A stretch of 32,000 bases of DNA from an uncultured Actinomycetes bacterium. GTDB lineage: Bacteria > Actinomycetota > Actinomycetes > S36-B12 > CAIYMF01. The notes beneath the pieces were generated by a model. It ran no database searches. It was given only the letters and a program-made list of their open reading frames with translations, and had not been told where the DNA came from. Position numbers and translations under genes: made by a program. Shown here one piece after another: positions 1 to 9,565 of the stretch (the stretch's first letter is position 1; each line of letters starts with the position of its first letter). The stretch is from assembly GCA_963843975.1 (NCBI GenBank), contig CAWJMG010000003.1, positions 60,001 to 92,000 of the forward strand, in the 5' to 3' direction.

Positions 1-749
1 TTGCCGCGCCGCCTCTGGTGCGACGGATCATGTATGGCGGAGCGCCCATCGACGCAGGCCTCGTCGCGAGGGCCATCGACCGTTTCGGACCGGTCTTCGT
101 GCAGCTCTACGGCATGGGGGAGTCGCCGATGACGATCACCTACCTCCGGCCGGCGGACCATCGTGGGCACACGGTCACGTCCGCCGGGATACCTCGGACC
201 GACGTGGAGGTCCAGGTGCTCGACGACGTCGGCAACTCGGTGGCCGACGGCGTCGAAGGCGAGATCTGCGTGCGTGGGGACATCGTGATGGCGGGCTACT
301 GGAACGACCCGGACGCCACGGCTCGGGCGCTCCGCGACGGATGGCTGCACACAGGAGACGTGGGACGCTTCGAGTCAGGGTTCCTCTTCCTGCTGTCGCG
401 CCGGAACGACGTGATCATCTCCGGAGGAAGCAACATCTACCCCCGCGAGGTCGAGGAGGCCCTGATGCAGCATCCGGCCGTCACCGATGCCTGCGTGTTC
501 GGGGTCCCAGACGACAAGTGGGGGGAGTCCGTCGTGGCGGCCGTCGTCGTGGACCAGCCCACGACCGTGGACAGCCTGCTCGACACCTGCCGCGAGCACA
601 TCGCCAGCTTCAAGAAGCCGAGCGCGGTCGTGTTCGTCGACGCGTTGCCCGTCAGCGCCTACGGCAAGGTCCTGCGGCGCGAGGTACGCGACGGCTACCT
701 CCGGGGCCTCGCCGAGTCCGTGTCCGCGACGGCTGGGGAGCGGCCGTGA
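1..749 (+). CDS. AMP-dependent synthetase/ligase (acyl-CoA synthetase, ANL superfamily), C-terminal part; 5' end lies outside the window
   Basis: The frame of ORF 18..749 is open to the window edge. ANL motifs are present: GYWNDPDAT, WLHTGD, ISGGSNIYPREVE, and the C-terminal YGKVLRREV lysine motif. Confidence 0.85.
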   Translation, partial: AAPPLVRRIMYGGAPIDAGLVARAIDRFGPVFVQLYGMGESPMTITYLRPADHRGHTVTSAGIPRTDVEVQVLDDVGNSVADGVEGEICVRGDIVMAGYWNDPDATARALRDGWLHTGDVGRFESGFLFLLSRRNDVIISGGSNIYPREVEEALMQHPAVTDACVFGVPDDKWGESVVAAVVVDQPTTVDSLLDTCREHIASFKKPSAVVFVDALPVSAYGKVLRREVRDGYLRGLAESVSATAGERP

Positions 750-1483
750 CCGCGCCCACGGCCGTCGTGACGGGCGCGGCCGGCGGAATCGGCCTGGCGG
801 TGTGCCGCCGCCTCGCCGCTGACGGGTACGAGGTGCACGGGCTCGACGTCCGGCCCATGCCCGAAGGGGTCGCGCCGGGAGTGGTCGGCGCCGTGGTGGA
901 CCTGTCCGACGCGTCCGCGCCGCGCCGGTTCTTCGCCGAGGAGTTCGACGGGCGCCCGCTCACGACTCTGGTCAACGCCGCCGGGGTTGCCTTCTTCGGG
1001 CGGGACGAGTCGGCGCTCGAGGCTGACGAGTCGCTGTGGTCGCGAACCCTGCAGATCAACCTGGACGGCCCTCGACGGATGTCCGCAGCCGCGCTGCCCG
1101 CCCTCCGGCGCGCGACCGGAGCGTCGATGGTCCACGTGGCGTCGATCGCGGGGCTCCGGAACATGGACTCGCCGATGGATGCTTACCAGGTGTCGAAGAC
1201 GGCTGTCGTCGCACTGTCGCGAAGCTTCGCGGTCCAGCTCGGGCCGGAGGGCATCCGCTCCAACACCGTGTGCCCAGGGGCGGTTCTGACGCCGATGATC
1301 TCCCACCTCTACGACGAGGATCCCGCGCGGCGGACGCGTATGGAGGCGAAGACGCCCCTGCGGCGACTGGGGGCACCGGACGACATCGCGGAAGCCGTCG
1401 CGTGGCTGGCGTCGTCGGCCGCGAGCTTCGTCACCGGTGCGGATCTCGTCGTCGACGGCGGCTGGTCGGTCGTCACTCCGTAG
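746..1483 (+). CDS. Short-chain dehydrogenase/reductase (SDR family oxidoreductase)
   Basis: GTG at 746 overlaps the upstream stop (GTGA), with GGGGAG 5 nt upstream. Motifs: TGAAGGIG Rossmann motif, catalytic YQVSK (YxxxK), PGAVLTPM. The upstream part of ORF 341..1483 is an Arg-rich off-frame readthrough of the previous gene. Confidence 0.85.
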   Translation: MTAPTAVVTGAAGGIGLAVCRRLAADGYEVHGLDVRPMPEGVAPGVVGAVVDLSDASAPRRFFAEEFDGRPLTTLVNAAGVAFFGRDESALEADESLWSRTLQINLDGPRRMSAAALPALRRATGASMVHVASIAGLRNMDSPMDAYQVSKTAVVALSRSFAVQLGPEGIRSNTVCPGAVLTPMISHLYDEDPARRTRMEAKTPLRRLGAPDDIAEAVAWLASSAASFVTGADLVVDGGWSVVTP

Positions 1484-1547
1484 TTCATGCCCGACCCGGC
1501 GTCCACGTGGCCGGTTAGGGTGAGGGGACCCTAGCGAGGAGCACTCG

Positions 1548-2282
1548 GTGGCACAGACCGCTTCGTCGTACGGCCTGGAGCCGGTGCGCGTGCTCGCCAC
1601 GCACGAGCTGGTGCTCGACCAGATCCGGACGGCGATCAACCTGGGCCGGTTCAGGCCGGGCGACAAGCTCCCCTCCGAGCGCGAGCTGGCAGCGATGCTG
1701 CGGGTGTCGCGCACCACGGTGCGTGAGGCGGTTGCGCTGCTCGAGAGCGAAGGGATCGTGGCCGTGCGCCGCGGACGCGGCGGCGGGATCGTGGTCGTGG
1801 ACCCGGCTCGATCGCGGGCTGAGCTCCGCCGGCTGCTGCGCTCACAGCGAGACGAGCTGCTCGACGTCTTCGACTTCCGCGTGGCCGTCGAGTCGTCCGC
1901 CGCCCGTCTCGCGGCGGCGCGACGGACCAAGCAGGACCTCGAGGCGATGACGCGGCACGTGCAGGCAATGGCGGAGATCATCGAGGATCGGGTCCGCGTC
2001 ACCGGGCCGAGCACGGTCGCCCAGTTCCAGAACATCGACTCGCAGTTCCACCTGGCGATCGCACGAGCGGCGGGCAGCGCACGACTGACCCAGGCCATCC
2101 TTGCCGCCCGCAGCGAGATGTTCCTCCCCGTCGGGGCCATCTTCCCCGACCTCGATCCGTCGTCCAACGACATGCACTCCGCCGTCGTGGACGCGATCGC
2201 AGCGCGGGACGGAGACGCCGCGGCCGCGTGCATCACCGAGCACATCTACGCGACGCGCGACTACATCGCGACGCTCCTGTAG
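1548..2282 (+). CDS. GntR/FadR-family transcriptional regulator (wHTH plus FCD-type C-terminal domain)
   Basis: The N-terminus (LPSERELAAMLRVSRTTVREAVALLESEGIV) is a typical GntR wHTH. The helical C-terminal domain contains DxxFH (DSQFHLAIARAAG). GTG start with GAGGAG upstream. Confidence 0.85.
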   Translation: MAQTASSYGLEPVRVLATHELVLDQIRTAINLGRFRPGDKLPSERELAAMLRVSRTTVREAVALLESEGIVAVRRGRGGGIVVVDPARSRAELRRLLRSQRDELLDVFDFRVAVESSAARLAAARRTKQDLEAMTRHVQAMAEIIEDRVRVTGPSTVAQFQNIDSQFHLAIARAAGSARLTQAILAARSEMFLPVGAIFPDLDPSSNDMHSAVVDAIAARDGDAAAACITEHIYATRDYIATLL

Positions 2283-2345
2283 CGCGATCGAGCCGTCGTC
2301 GGCAGCGGACCTGCGGGGTGGGGGCGTCGGTCGACAGCGACCGGC

Positions 2346-2561
2346 TCAGGTCAGGCGGTAGGTGGCTCCGGGGACGGTCACGACGTCGCCGGCGGAGAGC
2401 TGGGCGCCGCGGCGCTGCTCGACCTCGCCGTTCACCTGGACGTCGCCTGCCGCGAGCAGGTCCTTGGCCTCGCCGCCGGTCTCGACGGCGTTGACGTACT
2501 TGAGCAGCTGGCCGAGGCGGATGCCGGCGGCACCGACCTCGACGTCCTCGGTGTGGCTCAT
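2346..2561 (-). CDS. Small S4-domain RNA-binding protein (YbcJ-like)
   Basis: 71 aa counted from the ATG at 2561 (MSHTEDVEV...). IRLGQLLKYVNAVETGGEAKDLLAAGDVQVNGEVEQRRGAQLSAGDVV is an S4/YbcJ-type fold signature. The rest of ORF 2346..2876 is readthrough. Confidence 0.75.
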   Translation of the reverse strand: MSHTEDVEVGAAGIRLGQLLKYVNAVETGGEAKDLLAAGDVQVNGEVEQRRGAQLSAGDVVTVPGATYRLT

Positions 2562-2598
2562 GGACGGATCCTCTCGCGGTGACGGGGGCTGGGACGTG

Positions 2599-2632
2599 CG
2601 AAGGGCCGCACCCGTGGGGGTGCGGCCCTTCG
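2599..2632 (-). terminator. Perfect 15-bp stem hairpin downstream of rpmB (CGAAGGGCCGCACCC / GGGTGCGGCCCTTCG, 4-nt loop)
   Basis: The inverted repeat was read directly from the sequence. It lies 16 nt after the rpmB stop on the minus strand. There is no clear U-tract, which is common in high-GC actinobacteria. Confidence 0.6.
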
Positions 2633-2647
2633 ACGAAGTACGGAGCG

Positions 2648-2836
2648 TCAGACGCGGGCGACCTTGCCGGCCTTGATGCACGAGGTGCACACGTTGAGCT
2701 TCTTGGGGGTCTTGCCCACGAGGGCGCGCACGGTCTGGATGTTGGGGTTCCAGCGACGCTTGGTCCGGCGGTGCGAGTGCGAGATCGAGTGGCCGAAACC
2801 CGGGCCCTTGCCGCAGACGTCGCAGTTGGCAGCCAC
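2648..2836 (-). CDS. rpmB: 50S ribosomal protein L28
   Basis: (V)[61 protein letters not shown], 62 aa. GTG at 2836 with GAGGA upstream on the minus strand. Confidence 0.95.
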   Translation of the reverse strand: MAANCDVCGKGPGFGHSISHSHRRTKRRWNPNIQTVRALVGKTPKKLNVCTSCIKAGKVARV

Positions 2837-3070
2837 GGTGGTAGTCCTCACAGTCGAAACGGGTGGAGTCGCCCACCAGCGGCAGGCGTCACGCCCGGTC
2901 GACCGGGCAACCATGACAGGGTACAGGGACAGGTGCGGCAGGCCCAAACCGGGCGATCAGCGCCCGACGGACTACGGCGCGGGCCACCGGGTCTGCGTCG
3001 GCCCCGGACACTACGCTCGCGGGGAGCCGTGACGCCCGTCACGCCGTCCGACCGCCCGAGGGAGCAGCCT

Positions 3071-4675
3071 GTGCTCGAGCTCCTCGACGCCGCCGGGATC
3101 CGGCGGTGGGCCGACCTCGGCCTCGAGGCCCTCGGCCGGCACCGCGCCGAGATCGACGCGCTCAACGTCTTCCCGGTGCCGGACGGCGACACCGGCACCA
3201 ACCTCTTCCTCACCTTCGAGTCCGCCGCCTCGGCCCTGTCGGACGCCGGCAGCTCCCTCGACCTCCGCGAGACGGTGCGCACCTTCGCGCACGGCGCCCT
3301 GCTCGGCGCCCGCGGCAACTCCGGGATCATCCTCAGCCAGCTCGTCCGGGGGTTCGCCGAGGCCCTGGCCGGCGCGGACCAGTTCGCGCACCACCAGGAG
3401 TCCGTGCTCGTCGACGCCTTCCGCAAGGCCTCCGACTCCGCGTACGCCGCCGTGGCCGAGCCCAAGGAGGGCACGGTCCTCACGGTCGCGCGTGCCGCGG
3501 CCGACGCCGTGGCGGCGCTCGGCCCCGGCACGAGCCTCGTCGGCCTGGTCACGGCCGCTGCCGACGCCGCGGCCGACGCCCTCGCGCGCACACCCGAGCA
3601 GCTCGAGGCCCTCGCCCGGGCAGGTGTCGTCGACGCCGGCGGCCGCGGGCTCGTCGTCATCCTCGACGCCCTGGTCGAGACGGTCACGGGCGTGCGCCGC
3701 GAGGCCGGGCCGGTGGCCCTGCCGATCCCGCAGGCGCAGGTGGGCGACGACATGCTCGAGGGCGGCGGCGCCTACGAGGTCATGTACCTCCTCGACGCGG
3801 AGGACCCGGCCGTGCACGGGCTGCGCGGGACGCTCGGGGAGCTCGGCGACTCGCTCGTGGTCGTCGGCGGCTCCGGGCTCTGGAACGTCCACGTGCACAC
3901 CGACGACGTCGGCGCCTGCATCGAGGCCGGCATCGTCGCCGGCCGGCCGCACCGCATCCGGGTCACAGACCTCCGCCGCGACACCGACGTTCGGGCCGGG
4001 GCCGCGGGCCGTGGCGGACGAGCGGTGGTCGCCGTGGCCCACGGTGCTGGCACCGCGGCACTGCTCGAGGCGTCCGGCGCCGTCGTCGTGCGCGCCCACG
4101 GCAACGTCGCGCCGTCGACGGCCGAGCTGCTCGACGGCGTCCAGCGCGCCGGCGCGGCCGAGGTGGTGCTGCTGCCCAGCGACTCCGACATCCGCCCGGT
4201 GGCAGAGGCCGCGGCCGACGCTGCCCGCCGCGACGGGCTCCGGGTGTCGGTCGTGCCCACCCGCTCGATCGTGCAGACCCTTGCCGCCGTCGCCGTCCAC
4301 GAGACGTCGTCCACGTTCGAGGACGACGTCGTCTCCATGACTCGTGCGGCCGGTGCCACGAGGTACGGCGGCGTCTCGGTCGCCTCGCGCGAGGCGATGA
4401 CGAGCGCCGGCCTCTGCCATGTCGGGGACGTCCTCGGCATCGTCGGCGGCGACGTCGTGGAGATCGGCGACTCCGTGCCCGACGTTGCCGCTGCCGTCCT
4501 CGGCCGCCTGCTCGCGACCGGCGGCGAGCTCGTCACGCTCGTACGCGGTGAGGGCACCGACGAGTCCGTGGCGGCCGCGGTCGCCAAGCGCACCCGTCGC
4601 GAGCACCACGGCACCGAGGTCGTCGTGTACGAGGGCGGGCAGCCCTACTGGCCCCTGATCCTCGGCGTGGAGTAA
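3071..4675 (+). CDS. DAK2 domain fusion protein (YloV family, DhaL-like)
   Basis: FPVPDGDTGTNL and ARGNSGIILSQ are DhaL/DAK2 motifs. The position, divergent from rpmB and upstream of recG, is conserved. I prefer the start at GTG 3071 (GGGAG 8 nt upstream); GTG 3029 is an alternative. The 2579 start in the ORF track overlaps rpmB. Confidence 0.85.
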   Translation: MLELLDAAGIRRWADLGLEALGRHRAEIDALNVFPVPDGDTGTNLFLTFESAASALSDAGSSLDLRETVRTFAHGALLGARGNSGIILSQLVRGFAEALAGADQFAHHQESVLVDAFRKASDSAYAAVAEPKEGTVLTVARAAADAVAALGPGTSLVGLVTAAADAAADALARTPEQLEALARAGVVDAGGRGLVVILDALVETVTGVRREAGPVALPIPQAQVGDDMLEGGGAYEVMYLLDAEDPAVHGLRGTLGELGDSLVVVGGSGLWNVHVHTDDVGACIEAGIVAGRPHRIRVTDLRRDTDVRAGAAGRGGRAVVAVAHGAGTAALLEASGAVVVRAHGNVAPSTAELLDGVQRAGAAEVVLLPSDSDIRPVAEAAADAARRDGLRVSVVPTRSIVQTLAAVAVHETSSTFEDDVVSMTRAAGATRYGGVSVASREAMTSAGLCHVGDVLGIVGGDVVEIGDSVPDVAAAVLGRLLATGGELVTLVRGEGTDESVAAAVAKRTRREHHGTEVVVYEGGQPYWPLILGVE

Positions 4676-4677
4676 CC

Positions 4678-6901
4678 GTGTCCGACCTGCGGATGGACGA
4701 CCCGCTGAAGAAGTTCCTCGGCCGCACCGCCGAGGCCCTCGACAAGGGCTTCGGGATGCGCACGGTCGAGGACCTCCTGCGCCACTACCCGCGGCGGTAC
4801 GCCGAGCGCGGCCAGCTCACCGACCTGCGTCTGCTCGAGGTCGACGAGCACGTGACCGTGATGGCGCGCGTCAACTCCGTAGACGTGAAGCAGTACAAGG
4901 ACAAGCGCACCGGGCGCATGGTCGACCGCCTGGAGGTCGTCGTCACCGATGGCAGCAGCACCCTCAACCTCACGTTCTTCAAGCAGTCATGGCGCATCAA
5001 AGAGCTGAGGGTCGGCACGGTGGCGCTGTTCGCCGGGCAGGTCGGCCGGTTCCGCAACGACTTCCAGCTGACGCACCCCGACTATGAGCTGCTGGATGCG
5101 AGCGACCTCGAGAGCGACACGATCGCGAAGTACGCCGGTGCGCTCATCCCGGTCTATCCGGCCAACAAGGCGATGCAGTCCTGGAAGATCGCGACTGCCG
5201 TCCGCGTCGTCCTCGACCAGCTGCCGGACGACATCGACGATCCCCTGCCGGAGGTCACCCGCGCCCGGAACGACCTGCCCGCCTTGGCGCCTGCCCTGCG
5301 CAGGGTCCACGTGCCCCAGTCGCGCGACGAGGTGCGCGAGGCGGTCGAGCGGCTGAAGTGGGACGAGGCGTTCGTCCTGCAGACCGTGCTGGCGCAACGG
5401 CGTACGGCTGCCGCCGCGCTGCCCGCGACTCCGCGGGTCCCCGTCGCGGGCGGGTTGCTCGAGGCGTTCGACGCGCGCCTTCCCTTCACGCTCACGGCCG
5501 GTCAGGTGTCGGTCGGCGCCACGATCGCCGACGACCTCGCACGCGCCCATCCCATGCACCGGCTGCTCCAGGGCGAGGTCGGCTCCGGCAAGACCCTCGT
5601 CGCGCTGCGCGCGATGCTCACGGTGGTCGACTCCGGCGGCCAGGCCGTGCTTCTCGCTCCGACCGAGGTGCTCGCCCAGCAGCACCAGCGCTCGATCACG
5701 GCGATGCTCGGCCCCCTGGCCGAGCGCGGCCTGCTCGGCGGGGGCGACGTCGGCACGCGCGTCGCGCTGCTCACCGGCTCGGTCACCTCCGCCCGCCGAC
5801 GCGAGGCCATGCTCGACATCCAGTCCGGCGAGGCCGGAATCGTCATCGGCACGCACGCCCTCCTCGAGGACAAGGTGCAGTTCTTCGACCTCGGCCTCGT
5901 GGTGGTCGACGAGCAGCACCGATTCGGCGTCGAGCAGCGCGCGGCGCTCGCGGCCAAGGCACGCGACGACCAGCAGCCGCACGTGCTCGTCATGACCGCG
6001 ACCCCGATCCCGCGCACGGTCGCCATGACCACGTTCGGCGACCTCGAGGTGTCGGTGCTCACCGAGCTGCCCGCCGGCCGCTCTCCCATCACGACCCACG
6101 TCGTCCCGACCCTGGAGAAGCCCGCCTTCCTCGACCGCGCGTGGCAGCGGATCCGCGAGGAGGTCGGCGAAGGAAGGCAGGCGTACGTCGTCTTCCCGCG
6201 CATCGGCGGCGACGGCGCGGCGGGGGAGGACGTCGACGAGCCCGCCGACCCGGAGGCCGAGGAGAAGCGCCGCCCACCCCTCGCGGTGCTCGATCTCGTC
6301 GAGCACCTGTCGACCGGCCCGTTCGCGGGGCTCAGGGTCGGGGTGCTGCACGGGCGCATGCCCTCGGACGAGAAGGACGACGTCATGCGCCGGTTCGGCG
6401 CCGGGCCGTCGTCGGCCGACGGCATCGACGTCCTGCTCGCCACCACGGTGGTCGAGGTCGGCGTCGACGTACCGAACGCGACCGTCATGGTGGTCATGGA
6501 CGCCGACCGCTTCGGCGTCTCGCAGCTGCACCAGCTCCGCGGCCGCATCGGCCGCGGGGGCCACGCCGGCCTCTGCCTGCTCGTCAGCGAGATGCCCTCG
6601 GCCACACCGGCTCGCGGCCGGCTCGACGCCGTCGCCGCGACCTCCGACGGCTTCGAGCTTCTCCCGCATCGACCTCGAGGCCCGGCGCGAGGGCGACGTG
6701 CTCGGCGCATCGCAGTCCGGCCGTCGCTCCTCGCTAAGGATGCTCTCGGTGCTGCGCGACGAGGACGTGATCGTGCAGGCGCGTGCGGAGGCGGCCGAGC
6801 TCGTGGCACGCGATCCTGAGCTCACCACCGTGCCCGCGCTCGCCCGCGCCATCGCCTCGCTCCTCGACGAGGAGCGCGCCGACTACCTGGAGAAGTCATG
6901 A
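4678..6901 (+). pseudogene. recG: ATP-dependent DNA helicase RecG, interrupted by one +1 frameshift near 6659-6661
   Basis: Helicase motifs GEVGSGKT, DEQHRFG, TATPIPRT and QLRGRIGRG are present. Frame 1 is RecG-like only up to ...TSDGFEL (6660). The conserved C-terminus SRIDLEARREGDVLGASQSGRRSSLRMLSVL... continues in frame 2 from 6662 to the stop at 6901. Confidence 0.9.
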
Positions 6902-7791
6902 CGTACGCCGAGACCGCCTCGACGCTCACGCTCGCCGACGGGCGCGAGCTCGACCTGCGCCGTCGCGGCCCGGCCGACGGCGACGTCCTCGTCTACATCC
7001 ACGGCACGCCCAGCAGCGGCGCGGCGCCCTCCGCCCTCGCCGAGGCGGCGCACGCGCGCGGGATGCAGGTCGTGAGCTGGTCGCGACCCGGCTACTCGAC
7101 GTCCACCCGCCAGCCCGGGCGCACGATCGCGAGCTTCGCCTCCGACGCTCGCGAGGTGCTGGACTCGCTCGGCATCGGGCGGGCGCACGCCCTCGGCTGG
7201 TCCGGCGGCGGTCCGCACGTCCTCGCGCTCGCCGCGCTGCTGCCCGAGCGCATCCGCTCCGCGACCTCGCTGGCGGGCGTCGCGCCGTACGCCGAGACGC
7301 TCGGCACGCTCGACTTCCTCGCCGGCATGGGTGAGGACAACATCCACGAGTTCGGCGCGGCCATCGAGGGCGAGGGACCCGTGCGCGAGTTCCTCGCGCC
7401 CTTCGTCCCGGCGCTGCGCGTCGTGACGCCGGCCGGGATCGTGGAGGAGCTCGCGAGCCTTCTGCCCGAGGTGGACCGCGCCTACTGCACCGACGAGCAC
7501 GGCGGCGAGCTCGCCCTGGCCTTCCGCGAGGCGCTCGTGGTCTCCGAGGACGGCTGGGTCGACGACGACCTGGCCTTCGTGCAGCCCTGGGGCTTCGACC
7601 TCGCCTCGATCGGCGTGCCGGTGCACGTGTGGCAGGGGAGTGCCGACCTCATGGTGCCGTTCGCGCACGGCCGGTGGCTGGCCTCGGCCGTCCCGGGCGC
7701 CGTCGTGCACCTGCTCGAGGGCGAGGGCCACCTGTCGATCGGCGTCGGGCAGGCCGAGGCGATCGTCGAGGCGATGGTCGCCGCCGGCTGA
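6898..7791 (+). CDS. Alpha/beta-fold hydrolase
   Basis: 297 aa. HGTPSS oxyanion region, nucleophile elbow GWSGGG (GxSxG), C-terminal GEGH. The ATG overlaps the recG stop (ATGA). Confidence 0.8.
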   Translation: MTYAETASTLTLADGRELDLRRRGPADGDVLVYIHGTPSSGAAPSALAEAAHARGMQVVSWSRPGYSTSTRQPGRTIASFASDAREVLDSLGIGRAHALGWSGGGPHVLALAALLPERIRSATSLAGVAPYAETLGTLDFLAGMGEDNIHEFGAAIEGEGPVREFLAPFVPALRVVTPAGIVEELASLLPEVDRAYCTDEHGGELALAFREALVVSEDGWVDDDLAFVQPWGFDLASIGVPVHVWQGSADLMVPFAHGRWLASAVPGAVVHLLEGEGHLSIGVGQAEAIVEAMVAAG

Positions 7792-7839
7792 CCCGGATTC
7801 GCCCTGGCCCCGGTGATACCACGGCGGTACCATCGCTCC

Positions 7840-8040
7840 ATGGCCATGACGCTGCGTCTCACCGACGAGGAGACCGAGAACCTGCGACTCACCGCCGAGG
7901 CGGAGAACCGGAGCATGCAGGAGGTCGCCCGCGAGGCGATCCGCGAGTACACCGGGCGCCACACCGCCCGGCGGAGCGAGGCACTGGCCCGCATCGTGGC
8001 CGAGGACGGTGCGCTGCTCGACCGCCTCGGCTCGGTGTGA
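7840..8040 (+). CDS. Ribbon-helix-helix antitoxin (Phd/CopG-like), partner of Doc
   Basis: MAMTLRLTDEETENLRLTAEAENRSMQEVAREAIREY is an RHH pattern. It is 66 aa and its stop overlaps the toxin GTG (GTGA). The start could be 7840 or 7846; 7813 is less likely. Confidence 0.7.
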   Translation: MAMTLRLTDEETENLRLTAEAENRSMQEVAREAIREYTGRHTARRSEALARIVAEDGALLDRLGSV

Positions 8041-8423
8041 CCGCCTACCTCAGCCTCGACGACCTGCTCGCCGCCGCCGAGGCTGCGGTCGGGCGCACGC
8101 CCGAGGTGCGCGACTACGGCCTGCTCGAGTCGGCGCTGGCGCGGCCGCAGACGACGGTCTTCGGCGAGGACGCCTACCCGGGGCTGCACCAGAAGGCCGC
8201 AGCGCTGCTGCACTCGCTCGTCCGCAACCACGCCCTGGTCGACGGGAACAAGAGGCTCGGCTGGGTGGCGCTCCGCCTGTTCTACGTGCTCAACGACCTC
8301 GACCTGCGCGCGGAGCACGATGACGCGTTCGCGTTCGTCATGCGGATCGCGGCGGGCGAGCTGCACGACCTCGACGAGATGGCGTCCTGGCTGGAGCCGC
8401 GGGTCGTGGGGTCGACGAGGTGA
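8037..8423 (+). CDS. doc: Fic/Doc-family death-on-curing toxin
   Basis: 128 aa with the Doc/Fic motif HALVDGNKRLG (HxFxDGNKR type). It lies immediately downstream of, and translationally coupled to, an RHH protein. Confidence 0.8.
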   Translation: MTAYLSLDDLLAAAEAAVGRTPEVRDYGLLESALARPQTTVFGEDAYPGLHQKAAALLHSLVRNHALVDGNKRLGWVALRLFYVLNDLDLRAEHDDAFAFVMRIAAGELHDLDEMASWLEPRVVGSTR

Positions 8424-9007
8424 CCAGGATCATCGCGGGGTCGGCGCGCGGCCGACGGCTCGCAGTGCCCCCGAGCGGCACGCGGCCGACGTCCGACCGC
8501 GTCCGCGAGGCGCTGATGTCGGCGCTCGAGCACCAGCTCGGCACGTTCGGGGGAGCGGCCGTCGCCGACCTGTACGCCGGCACCGGGGCCGTCGGCCTCG
8601 AGGCGCTCTCGCGCGGAGCGGCGCACGCGCTGCTCGTCGACAAGGACCGCGCGGCCGTGACGACGCTCAGGGCCAACGCCGCCGCCGTCGGCATCGCAGG
8701 TGCCGAGGTGCTCGGCGACGACGTCGTGCGGCTCACGGGATCCGCGCCGCCTGCGCTCGCGAGGCCGCCGTACGACCTGGTCTTCGCGGACCCGCCGTAC
8801 GACGTGGCCGACGAGGTCGTCGAGCAGGTCCTCACCGGTCTCGCGGCCAACGGCTGGCTCGCCGACGGCGCCCTCGTGGTGGTGGAGCGCGCGCGGCCGA
8901 GGCGCGGCGTCACGTTCACCTGGCCGGAGGGCTACGAGCCGGGCAAGGAGCGGACGTACGGCGAGACCGTGCTGCGTACAGCCCTTTGGTACGGTCGCGA
9001 CGCCTGA
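8420..9007 (+). CDS. rsmD: 16S rRNA (guanine966-N2)-methyltransferase RsmD
   Basis: N-terminal RIIAGSARGRRL...TRPTSDRVREA, a SAM-binding motif (DLYAGTGAVGLEALSRGA) and DPPY. Conserved position upstream of coaD. Confidence 0.9.
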   Translation: MTRIIAGSARGRRLAVPPSGTRPTSDRVREALMSALEHQLGTFGGAAVADLYAGTGAVGLEALSRGAAHALLVDKDRAAVTTLRANAAAVGIAGAEVLGDDVVRLTGSAPPALARPPYDLVFADPPYDVADEVVEQVLTGLAANGWLADGALVVVERARPRRGVTFTWPEGYEPGKERTYGETVLRTALWYGRDA

Positions 9008-9043
9008 AACGCGGCCCCCAGCCGCACCTCGCCCAACCGAGGA

Positions 9044-9538
9044 GTGACCGTGCGCAAGGCCGTCTGCCCCGGCTCGTTCGACCCGGTCACCAACGGGCAC
9101 CTCGACATCATCGTGCGAGCCGCGTCGCTGTTCGACGAGGTCACGGTCGCCGTGCTCATCAACAAGACCAAGAGCAGCATGTTCACCGTGGACGAGCGGA
9201 TCGACATGCTCCGCGAGGTCGTGGCGCCGTACCCGAACGTGAAGGTCGACTCCTTCCACGGACTGCTCGTCGACTACTGCGGCACCAACGGCATCGCGGC
9301 GATCGTGAAGGGCCTGCGCGCCGTCAGCGACTTCGACTACGAGCTGCAGATGGCGCAGATGAACCACCGCCTGGCGGGCGTCGAGACGCTCTTCGTGAGC
9401 ACCAACCCGCTCTACAGCTACCTGTCCTCGTCGCTGCTCAAGGAGATCGCGACGTACGGTGGTGACGTGTCCGGGCTGGTGCCCGAGACTGTGCTCGCCC
9501 TACTCGGCGAGCGGATCGCCGAACGCGCGCAGGGCTGA
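9044..9538 (+). CDS. coaD: Phosphopantetheine adenylyltransferase
   Basis: [15 protein letters not shown] (T/HxGH), the ISSTLVRE-like SSSLLKEIA, ~160 aa. The true start may be GTG 9050, which lies 5 nt after AGGAG. Confidence 0.93.
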   Translation: MTVRKAVCPGSFDPVTNGHLDIIVRAASLFDEVTVAVLINKTKSSMFTVDERIDMLREVVAPYPNVKVDSFHGLLVDYCGTNGIAAIVKGLRAVSDFDYELQMAQMNHRLAGVETLFVSTNPLYSYLSSSLLKEIATYGGDVSGLVPETVLALLGERIAERAQG

Positions 9539-9565
9539 CGCCCCGCGCGACCTGAAAGGACCCCC

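Noticed and set aside
2918-2940. A short tandem ACAGGG(T)ACAGGGACAGG motif and the CCCGGTCGACCGGG palindrome (2894-2907) in the rpmB/DAK2 divergent intergenic region.
   Set aside because: These are probably promoter or 5'-UTR features of rpmB. They are too short, and lack any second copy or known motif, to support a specific claim.
2579-3070. An N-terminal 150+ aa extension of the DAK2 ORF (track start 2579), and likewise the 341..745 extension of the SDR ORF.
   Set aside because: The extensions overlap rpmB and its promoter, or the preceding ligase gene. They encode Arg/Gly/Pro-rich nonsense, and internal GTG starts with SD sequences fit the conserved N-termini.
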